This document shows positions 24,743 through 32,000 of a stretch of 32,000 bases of DNA, piece after piece. A program made the translations under genes and the position numbers. The stretch lies in the NCBI RefSeq assembly GCF_000146505.1, contig NC_017448.1, positions 270,001 through 302,000 on the forward strand. Direction: 5' to 3'. How positions within the stretch are numbered: position 1 is the stretch's first letter; the number at the start of each line of letters is the position of its first letter. This DNA comes from Fibrobacter succinogenes subsp. succinogenes S85. GTDB taxonomy: Bacteria; Fibrobacterota; Fibrobacteria; Fibrobacterales; Fibrobacteraceae. The notes below the pieces were generated by a model, which had not been told where the DNA came from, made no database searches, and saw only the letters and a list, made by a program, of their open reading frames with translations.

Positions 24743-26986
24743 ATGAAATCTAAGATATTATTTGGTGTTTTGATCTCAATGTTCATCGCCATACTGGCGG
24801 CGTGTGGTTCGGACACTTATTACTCCGGCCATTTTGAAGATTTAGATGATAATTTCGGCAAGTCCTCTTCTAAAATCACAAGTAGCACAAGCCAAATATT
24901 CAACGAAAACATTGCTTTTGAAGGCCGATTCAACCTAGTATCCGTTTTTGAGCCTATTAAACTTGAAATATCCGCACTGGACGAAAACTTTGAAAAAACA
25001 CAAACCATCGAAGCACGCATTGTAAGGAACAGGCTAGAGTTTACATACAAAGCTCCAGAAATTCACTTTTATAGACCTTTTGCTCAACTGGATTTCACTT
25101 GCCGATTCCGCGACACAAAAGACAATACCGAAATGCAGTTCACCATCATCGCTGACATGAACGAAAAAGAGTACTACAATATTGATTTTTATAGAACTCT
25201 AGAAAGCGGATACATGAAAAAGCTCTTACAACAGAAGGAAAACTTTGACATAGCAAGGCAACACACTCGTGAAGCAATACACAATCTTTTAGATCCAGAA
25301 CTTGAACACGAATACGGCATTAGTAATGCCCCATACGGCAAGGACACACTTGAAGCACTTGCTTATAACTACAGTCTTTTTTTCACATGGGATTCCACAT
25401 TCTACAAGAATTTCAAGAAACTTTCGCAGGCTGTAGGAAGCGACAAGACTTGGGATGAAATTTTATCTGTTTCTGATATTTCGGAACGGCTTATTGACCA
25501 TTATAGACTTGAAGAATCCCGCTGCGACAAGAACGTTCTCGAAAACATCGCTCAAGACCGTGATTTTTCTCAGCTCCGTTATAATATGGCCATATGGATT
25601 GCACAAGGGAAAAATGACATTGACTGCAATGCCATCCCACAAAAACCGGCAATTGATACAACAAAAAAAGATACAACTTCAAAAGACCCTATTATCGAAA
25701 AATTTGGGAACTGCACAGTCAACAGAAAGCACACCAAAGCAAAACTTGGAGACGGTGAATATTACAGCTGCAACGGAACCAAATGGATTTCCGTAAGCGC
25801 CCCAGAATACCATGAAGATTTCGGCAAAAGAGGTGAAATAGTCACCTACGATGACTCTTACTTCATGTGCAATTACGAGTATTCGTGGCGCCTTTTAAAT
25901 GACGATGAAATTCTCCCGCCTGTCAAAGACTTATTAAAATGCAATGACCATCAAGTTGTTGAATACGACAACAAATATTACCGTTGCAGATTCGAATACG
26001 TTTCGCTCGTAAATCAAGACGCTTGGCTTGAAATTCCAGAGGACAGTGTTGCGCAGTACCAAAAGAATGGCAAATTCTGCACAGATTCCACACAAGGAAT
26101 TACCGAGGAAGAAAATGGTTCATACTTTACCTGCAATCATTATTCGTGGACTAAACTTTTGGACTATGAGAAAAAACAGTACGAACACGAATTAGCCCAC
26201 AAAGATGAATGCAAAAACGGCAACAAAGGAACTGCGATATATTGGAACAACTCAAACTACTTCTACTGCAATAACGATACGCGCAATTGGAAATCCATGG
26301 GCATTCAAAATCAAGAGCACTATGGATTAGGAATATTTGATGGAGGCGTATTCATAAGTAAAGACACCCTTGAAAAGGAAATAGACGATTTTACGATTAA
26401 AGCTTCGCAAAGACCTGGATGGATTGCAGGGTTATTCGACGTCATAAATGTTACGGCAAATATTAATTCGCATCCCTACGGAGCATTTTTCAAAAAGACT
26501 CGCCCTTACCTTTCAGGATTACGAGGAGACAAGACTATAGACTTTAAAAATCTGTCTGACCAAAGCGAAAGCTTTGACAAATTCATGGAACAGTACACGC
26601 ACCCCGAAAGCGCCTACCCTGCCTATATCGCTCAATTGACAAACGTAGGCGAAGAATCCTATATAGATTTTGCTACAGCCGATAAATTCTGCCCTAAAGG
26701 CTACCACATCCCCGATACAACCGAATGGAGGACGGATTCGTTAAATGCACTTCCGATAAACGCAAGTATTTACCACGACAGCCCATTATACGTACGTTAC
26801 AACGGGAAAACATACCTCTACGATATTTACTGGACAAAGACTCCCGTAAATTCAACGACCCAATACTGTATCGAAAATCATTCTGAAAACAACCAAAACA
26901 CATCAAGCCGAATAATTGAATGCCCCAAAGACTTGTATCCAGGCGTACAAACATTATGCATTAAGGATGGTGAGTCAAATGATTAG
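24743..26986 (+). CDS. Lipoprotein B (shared N-module, five Cys-pair-type repeats, FISUMP-like C-terminal domain)
   Basis: Lipobox MKSKILFGVLISMFIAILAAC. The C-terminus ...ADKFCPKGYHIPDTTEWR...YWTKTPVNSTTQYCIE...IIECPKDLYPGVQTLCIKD resembles the Fibrobacter succinogenes major paralogous domain (TIGR02145). Confidence 0.8.
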   Translation: MKSKILFGVLISMFIAILAACGSDTYYSGHFEDLDDNFGKSSSKITSSTSQIFNENIAFEGRFNLVSVFEPIKLEISALDENFEKTQTIEARIVRNRLEFTYKAPEIHFYRPFAQLDFTCRFRDTKDNTEMQFTIIADMNEKEYYNIDFYRTLESGYMKKLLQQKENFDIARQHTREAIHNLLDPELEHEYGISNAPYGKDTLEALAYNYSLFFTWDSTFYKNFKKLSQAVGSDKTWDEILSVSDISERLIDHYRLEESRCDKNVLENIAQDRDFSQLRYNMAIWIAQGKNDIDCNAIPQKPAIDTTKKDTTSKDPIIEKFGNCTVNRKHTKAKLGDGEYYSCNGTKWISVSAPEYHEDFGKRGEIVTYDDSYFMCNYEYSWRLLNDDEILPPVKDLLKCNDHQVVEYDNKYYRCRFEYVSLVNQDAWLEIPEDSVAQYQKNGKFCTDSTQGITEEENGSYFTCNHYSWTKLLDYEKKQYEHELAHKDECKNGNKGTAIYWNNSNYFYCNNDTRNWKSMGIQNQEHYGLGIFDGGVFISKDTLEKEIDDFTIKASQRPGWIAGLFDVINVTANINSHPYGAFFKKTRPYLSGLRGDKTIDFKNLSDQSESFDKFMEQYTHPESAYPAYIAQLTNVGEESYIDFATADKFCPKGYHIPDTTEWRTDSLNALPINASIYHDSPLYVRYNGKTYLYDIYWTKTPVNSTTQYCIENHSENNQNTSSRIIECPKDLYPGVQTLCIKDGESND

Positions 26987-29543
26987 ATATTTCTTGATTC
27001 TTTGCTTAGGAATTTTTCTCACCTCTTGTAGCGACGACAATTCAGCAGGTTCTAGCATTCATTATGTTGAAGGCAATGAAAATGTTGAAAGTCGGACCTT
27101 GGCGCTTCAAGGCAAATTCAGCCTAAACAACAAGCTTATTCCTGTTAAAATAGACATTGATGTTGTTGATGAAAATCTTGATTCCATAGCGACGATAAAA
27201 GCGTCATTGAAAAAAGAGCGAAACGGCACCATTACATTTTCATCGGATTACGACGATTTTGCATCGTCAATCGTACGCATCAAGTATACTTGCGCTTATA
27301 ACGATTCTTCTAGCAAGCTTAAAATGGATTTTGTTGAATACATCAATATTGATAAGAATCCAAGACCAACATTAAATCTGCCCATGGCGTTGGCAAGCGA
27401 ACGTATCAAAGAACTCGTGCAAGAAGACGGATTTTATCTTGCCCGTGCTAAAGAAAAAGTACTCCGAGAAATTTTTGAACTTCTGGATTACAACAACAAG
27501 CAGATTATAGATTTTGAGCAAGATTCAAGCAGCAAGCATCTTGCAGGACTGAATCAACATGTCAATATGATAAGCACGGTTGAAAAGAGCGATAGCGCTT
27601 TTTACAAGAACTACAAATCATTACGTTCTGCAGTCGGCAGCGAAAAAACATGGCAAGATATTCTTTCGGAAACAGAAATTGCGGACATGGCTTTTGCACA
27701 CGATCCCGACATCATTTACGCCGATTATTGGACGAAAGCTTTTGGACTCGGAAGTTGTGACAGCACCCATTTTCAAGACACAACGATAATTTCAAATAAA
27801 GAAAGCGTTTACAATAAAAAGAAATTCTTGTGCGATTACAAAAACAAGACATATTATTGGCGCACATTTAACGATGTAGAAGCAGTAAATGGCTTATGCA
27901 CGTACGACAGAAAAGATACCGTCATTCAAGATAGTCTCGTATGGACTTGTGATTCAGCTAAGACAAAATGGAACGTAATGTCAGGGGAACAAGCACTCCC
28001 CTATAAGAACATCAGCTGTGATAAAATTTTAGAAGGCACATACATCAACTATAATTCAAATAATTTTGCATGCGTCTACGAAAACAACAAATTCATTTGG
28101 AAAGACAGTGTTTCCGAAAACTACAAATGGCGCAATTCATTGGACGTCTACCTCAAAAATAAAGTCGGCTTGTGCGATGAAGACAACTCGCTTGGAAGAT
28201 CAACCATTATGGATAACAAGTATTATCAATGTCGCGATGGTATTTGGACCGAAGTAGACAAGATTTCGTATTACTTGGGATACTGCAACAAATCTAGAAC
28301 CAACGACAAAGCCATGCACGATTCTGTCGGGTATTTCATTTGCAATGACAAATGGACTGAAATTCCAATACCACAATATTACGGCGATATATGCACAAAA
28401 GGATTTGTTCATTACGCAAAAAAATACGGCGATACCTATTACATTTGTAAAGACCAACCAAATTACTATTGGTCTGTAGCGTTAAAAGAAGAACTTTCTA
28501 TCCCTATACAGAACGATTATTTTTGCGAAGAAGAAAACAATGGTGAAGTTTTTGAACTTGATGCTGTAGGCTATAAATGCGTTTACCCAATATGGCAATA
28601 TGCCCAAGATTTTGAAGTTAAAGTCAGTAAAGCAATGGAGCGTAACAAATATTCCAAAGACATGTGCAAAAAAGGCCCCGCCAACTCATCTATATTTTGG
28701 GATAAAATAGATTCAACATTCTACGGGTGTGTCGATAACTATACAGAAGCCAACTACGGATGGGGCAAAGTATTTTGGAACAATTACAACAACCCTCTTA
28801 CTAAATTTAAGAGTCCTGAAGAGTTCGCAGGTGGCACTTATGATAGCTTGAAAAACTATAAAGTAAACGGATGGACATTAACATTTTCGTATGGTTCCTC
28901 TTCATTAAATGGTAGTATAGAGTACATAACACTCTACCTGAAAAAAGCTATATCACCTAAAGGTGATGAATACGATATTCAAGAGGGGAATAATGTAACC
29001 GTCATTCGTGCCGCCGCAGGAAATAAAACTGTTTCTTTCGACAGCATTACAAACAAAAGCGATTCCTTTGACAAATACTTTACCGATTGGAAAAATAAAA
29101 TCATCGAATCCACACAATGCCCCACCCCGATGTTACCTGAATTTAAATGCGTTTCAAATTGGGATGAATCCGACATCGAAATCAATTTCACCAATTACAA
29201 CCAAAATTCATACACAACTTGGAATCAAGCAAAAAGTTTTTGCCCAGAAGGCACACATATTCCAAGTGCCGAAGAATTGTCCATTAGCAATTATGCCGCT
29301 TCGTTCAATAACGAGCGCTTTACCGCAGTGCAGCAGAAAATGAACAATGGTAAAAAAGGGAGTTTTTCAGCAAACTACGCTCTTGTATGGACAAGCACAG
29401 AAAAAGATTCAAAGACACAATACTGCCTTGAATATGTGAAATCCAATAGCAATCAAGTTGTTGCAAGCGGCATTGTAGAATGCCCGAAAGACCTCTACCC
29501 CATGGCACAAGCTATCTGCATTAGCGACCGGAGCAAAAAATGA
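26979..29543 (+). CDS. Lipoprotein C (paralog of B; eight Cys-pair repeats, FISUMP-like C-terminal domain)
   Basis: Lipobox MIRYFLILCLGIFLTSC. The ATG at 26979 overlaps the end of gene B by 8 nt. The C-terminus reads ...AKSFCPEGTHIPSAEEL...VWTSTEKDSKTQYCLE...IVECPKDLYPMAQAICISD. Confidence 0.8.
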   Translation: MIRYFLILCLGIFLTSCSDDNSAGSSIHYVEGNENVESRTLALQGKFSLNNKLIPVKIDIDVVDENLDSIATIKASLKKERNGTITFSSDYDDFASSIVRIKYTCAYNDSSSKLKMDFVEYINIDKNPRPTLNLPMALASERIKELVQEDGFYLARAKEKVLREIFELLDYNNKQIIDFEQDSSSKHLAGLNQHVNMISTVEKSDSAFYKNYKSLRSAVGSEKTWQDILSETEIADMAFAHDPDIIYADYWTKAFGLGSCDSTHFQDTTIISNKESVYNKKKFLCDYKNKTYYWRTFNDVEAVNGLCTYDRKDTVIQDSLVWTCDSAKTKWNVMSGEQALPYKNISCDKILEGTYINYNSNNFACVYENNKFIWKDSVSENYKWRNSLDVYLKNKVGLCDEDNSLGRSTIMDNKYYQCRDGIWTEVDKISYYLGYCNKSRTNDKAMHDSVGYFICNDKWTEIPIPQYYGDICTKGFVHYAKKYGDTYYICKDQPNYYWSVALKEELSIPIQNDYFCEEENNGEVFELDAVGYKCVYPIWQYAQDFEVKVSKAMERNKYSKDMCKKGPANSSIFWDKIDSTFYGCVDNYTEANYGWGKVFWNNYNNPLTKFKSPEEFAGGTYDSLKNYKVNGWTLTFSYGSSSLNGSIEYITLYLKKAISPKGDEYDIQEGNNVTVIRAAAGNKTVSFDSITNKSDSFDKYFTDWKNKIIESTQCPTPMLPEFKCVSNWDESDIEINFTNYNQNSYTTWNQAKSFCPEGTHIPSAEELSISNYAASFNNERFTAVQQKMNNGKKGSFSANYALVWTSTEKDSKTQYCLEYVKSNSNQVVASGIVECPKDLYPMAQAICISDRSKK

Positions 29544-30157
29544 TGAAGTATTTAAAAAGCATATTTACTTTTTTAGTTGTTTTGACTGCGCTATTTTGGA
29601 GCGGTTGCACAACCGATTATGAAATTGAAAAGGAAGTTCATAATTGGAGCTTTGTCGGGCTTGATAACGACTCCACCGCAGTTGTCAAAGTGGTTTTGGA
29701 GCAATGGGGAACCTCACACGACCATCATCTTATGGGATGGGACGATGACTTTCACAATACCACAGACTTAAAATACTACTCCGTCAATATCAATTCTTAT
29801 AAGATAAGTGAACGACTGAACGGAGACAGAAAAATGCTGCCGGAGCAAGATTCAACAGAAGAATACCGCATAAAAGCTGAAAAGATTGTAGACTATTCTT
29901 GGACATGCGCAATTATTTTACAGGACAAGAAAAAGAAAAATCTGGACACCTTGGAAATTGACTATTGCCCCAAAGAAAATTCTGCAGAAACACCAAAGTT
30001 TGTCGGCCGCTATTTAAAAATCAACAACTGTTTCTACAAAATTGAAAAAGGGAAATTTCCGATTCAAAAGCCCGAATTTTGCTTCGACCATACAGATTAT
30101 AGCGTAAAATTCACCCATACCGATGGCAAATTTATCATGTACGGTGGTGAACCGTAA
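29540..30157 (+). CDS. Lipoprotein D (205 aa, no family recognised)
   Basis: Lipobox MMKYLKSIFTFLVVLTALFWSGC. Its start overlaps the stop of gene C as ATGA. Confidence 0.7.
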   Translation: MMKYLKSIFTFLVVLTALFWSGCTTDYEIEKEVHNWSFVGLDNDSTAVVKVVLEQWGTSHDHHLMGWDDDFHNTTDLKYYSVNINSYKISERLNGDRKMLPEQDSTEEYRIKAEKIVDYSWTCAIILQDKKKKNLDTLEIDYCPKENSAETPKFVGRYLKINNCFYKIEKGKFPIQKPEFCFDHTDYSVKFTHTDGKFIMYGGEP

Positions 30158-30174
30158 CCACTATTAACTATTTT

Positions 30175-31062
30175 ATGGGCATGCATTACAAACCTTATCG
30201 CGATTTACTTTTGGAGCTTTTCCCCAACTATCTCAAGGTGCGCAAACTCCCGCTCAACGGCGGCATGAGCTGCCCAAACCTCGACGGAACCAAAGGGTTT
30301 TCGGGTTGCAGCTACTGCAACAACCGCAGCTTTAGCCCTGTCTTTGATGAAGCTAAAGTCTCGATTCAGGAACAGCTCAAAAAGTACATTCCGAAGCTTC
30401 GCGACAAGTACCCGAATGCAGGCATCCTCGCCTACTTGCAGCCGTACACGAATACGCACGCGCCGCTTGAACATCTGCGCGAAATCATCGATCCGATTAT
30501 CAAGCACAAGGAAATTGCAGGGCTAGCCATTGGGACGCGCCCGGATTGCCTTGAAGACGAAAAGATTGAATACCTTGCTGAGCTCAACCACAAGAAACCA
30601 ATTATCGTTGAAATCGGCCTCCAAACAGCAAATGACTTGACGCTCGCGGGCATCAACCGCAGGCATACGCTTGCGGAATTTGAAGATGCTGTAAAGCGCT
30701 GTCAAGCCGCAGGCCTCACCGTCACGACACATGTGATTGTTGGGCTCCCTGGCGAAAAGATGGAAGACTTTAAGCACACGGCACAAGTCGTTCACGATTT
30801 GAAACTTGCAGCGGTCAAAATCCACCCATTACACATTGTGGTCGGCACGGTCATGGCGCAGGATTACGCCAATGGCGAAGTCAAATTGCTCTCGTTCGAG
30901 GAATACTGCGAAGCGGTTGCCGAGATGATCAAGATTATTGGCAAGGATATCGCGATTGAGCGATTCAGCGGCGAAAGCCCGAGCGAGCTTTTGATTGCAC
31001 CGAACTGGTGCGGAGAACGCGACAAGATTATTACAACAGTCGAAAAACTGCTCAGCGCATAA
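30175..31062 (+). CDS. Radical SAM protein, TIGR01212 (YhcC) family
   Basis: Cluster motif SCPNLDGTKGFSGCSYCNN with TIM-barrel-like downstream blocks (GTRPDCL, VEIGLQTAND, HVIVGLPGE). Confidence 0.88.
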   Translation: MGMHYKPYRDLLLELFPNYLKVRKLPLNGGMSCPNLDGTKGFSGCSYCNNRSFSPVFDEAKVSIQEQLKKYIPKLRDKYPNAGILAYLQPYTNTHAPLEHLREIIDPIIKHKEIAGLAIGTRPDCLEDEKIEYLAELNHKKPIIVEIGLQTANDLTLAGINRRHTLAEFEDAVKRCQAAGLTVTTHVIVGLPGEKMEDFKHTAQVVHDLKLAAVKIHPLHIVVGTVMAQDYANGEVKLLSFEEYCEAVAEMIKIIGKDIAIERFSGESPSELLIAPNWCGERDKIITTVEKLLSA

Positions 31063-31082
31063 GCAACGAATGAGAGGGGAAA

Positions 31083-31598
31083 ATGAAACGTATTGAAGAT
31101 TACATTATTGCGGTTCCGGATTTTCCCAAGCCGGGAGTTTTGTTCCGTGACATCACAGGAATTTTGAGCGATCCCGATGGATTAAAGCTCACGCTTGATA
31201 CTTTCTATAAGACGCTTGAAAATGTTGATTTTGACGTAGTCGTAGGGCTAGAAGCACGCGGATTCCTATTTGGTGTTCCGATTGCAGAGCATTTCCACAA
31301 GCCGTTTGTCCCTGAGCGCAAAAAAGGGAAACTCCCCCGCGAGACTGTAGAAATCACTTACAATCTCGAATACGGAACCGCCTGTATGGAAGTCCATAAA
31401 GATGCGATAAAGCCAGGGCAACGCGTTGTTATCGTCGATGACTTGCTCGCCACTGGCGGAACTGCAAAAGCTGCCGCCCATCTTGTAGAGAAAATGGGCG
31501 GTAAAGTAGAATGTTTTGCTTTTGTCATTGAGCTTGCGGACCTTAAAGGTAGCGAAGTTCTTGATGGCTACCGCGTGGAATCGCTGACGAAGTTTTAA
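31083..31598 (+). CDS. apt: Adenine phosphoribosyltransferase
   Basis: 171 aa with FPKPGVLFRDIT, GLEARGFLFG and the PRPP-binding VVIVDDLLATGGTAKAA. GAGGGGA lies upstream of the ATG. Confidence 0.93.
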   Translation: MKRIEDYIIAVPDFPKPGVLFRDITGILSDPDGLKLTLDTFYKTLENVDFDVVVGLEARGFLFGVPIAEHFHKPFVPERKKGKLPRETVEITYNLEYGTACMEVHKDAIKPGQRVVIVDDLLATGGTAKAAAHLVEKMGGKVECFAFVIELADLKGSEVLDGYRVESLTKF

Positions 31599-32000
31599 AC
31601 ACGCTTGAAGATAAGCGAAGTATTGATGCCGCCGAACGCAAAGTTATTCGACATAAAATATTCCGTATCAATTTCACGCCCGGAACCCGTGATGTAATCC
31701 AACGGAGCGCATTCCGGGTCCACATTTTTCAAATTCAAATTCGGGCTAAACCATCCGCGATTCATCATGTTGATGCCAAGCCAGGCCTCGATACCGCCGC
31801 ATGCGCCAAGCGTATGGCCCATGTAGCTCTTGAGGCTAGAAATCGCCACGGCACGCTGCTTAAAAGCGTTGTATGTCGCCCAGCTTTCAGCAATATCGCC
31901 ATGATGCGTTGCGGTACCATGGCCATTCACATAGCCAATCGCATCCGTTGAAATTTCGGCATCTTTTAAAGCCAATTCCAGCGCACGTTGCATCGTATCT
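31595..32000 (-). CDS. Beta-ketoacyl-ACP synthase (KAS I/II family), C-terminal part; N-terminus lies beyond the right edge
   Basis: NGHGTATHHGD and SYMGHTLGACGG (the active-site His blocks), with C-terminal NNFAFGGINTSLIFKRV. The ORF is open to position 32000. Confidence 0.85.
   Translation of the reverse strand, partial: DTMQRALELALKDAEISTDAIGYVNGHGTATHHGDIAESWATYNAFKQRAVAISSLKSYMGHTLGACGGIEAWLGINMMNRGWFSPNLNLKNVDPECAPLDYITGSGREIDTEYFMSNNFAFGGINTSLIFKRV

Noticed and set aside
26916-26978. Upstream start of lipoprotein C (MNAPKTCIQAYKHYALRMVSQ...)
   Set aside because: It lies wholly inside the 3' end of gene B. The lipoprotein signal begins at the ATG at 26979, which is preceded by a purine-rich stretch.
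23533-30174. Genomic island delivered by a mobile element
   Set aside because: The composition is distinct. However, I see no integrase, transposase, flanking tRNA or direct repeats at the borders. Horizontal origin is therefore unproven, and a fast-evolving native paralog family is equally possible.

Overview
This is a chromosomal segment, most likely from a Fibrobacter-like (FCB-group) bacterium. That assignment is inferred from FISUMP-type lipoprotein C-termini, a CBM+GH10 xylanase, a TSP3-repeat OmpA protein and roughly 50% GC.

About 30 protein genes are present, and most are housekeeping:
- prfB, whose programmed +1 frameshift the ORF track cannot show
- a SurA/PrsA-type PPIase
- the aguB-aguA putrescine pathway
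- an RNase H1-type enzyme
- a hypothetical gene, a PHP phosphoesterase and a large outer-membrane barrel, tightly coupled
- a porin-like OMP followed by a CaCA antiporter
- pepA and a long (eukaryote-like) guaA
- dapB abutting an orphan yejB-like permease
- an ankyrin lipoprotein
- a 5xLysM MltD-like lytic transglycosylase preceded by a tiny acidic ORF
- a TIGR01212 radical SAM protein, apt, and the 3' end of a KAS gene

I saw no rRNA, tRNA, CRISPR array, transposase or integrase.

The stand-out region is 23.7-30.2 kb. It is a visibly AT-richer, co-directional, translationally coupled operon of four lipoproteins. Three of them share an N-terminal module. They carry 1, 5 and 8 copies of an uncharacterised two-cysteine repeat, and two end in a FISUMP-like lectin-type domain. 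The operon is transcribed divergently from the xylanase gene.

Secondary curiosities:
- a roughly 290-nt structured tandem repeat in the guaA 3' region, with compensatory palindromes
- doubled-word/heptad intergenic elements around aguA and after the OM barrel gene
- several unusual gene couplings

All functional calls come from motif recognition by eye. No database search was run.
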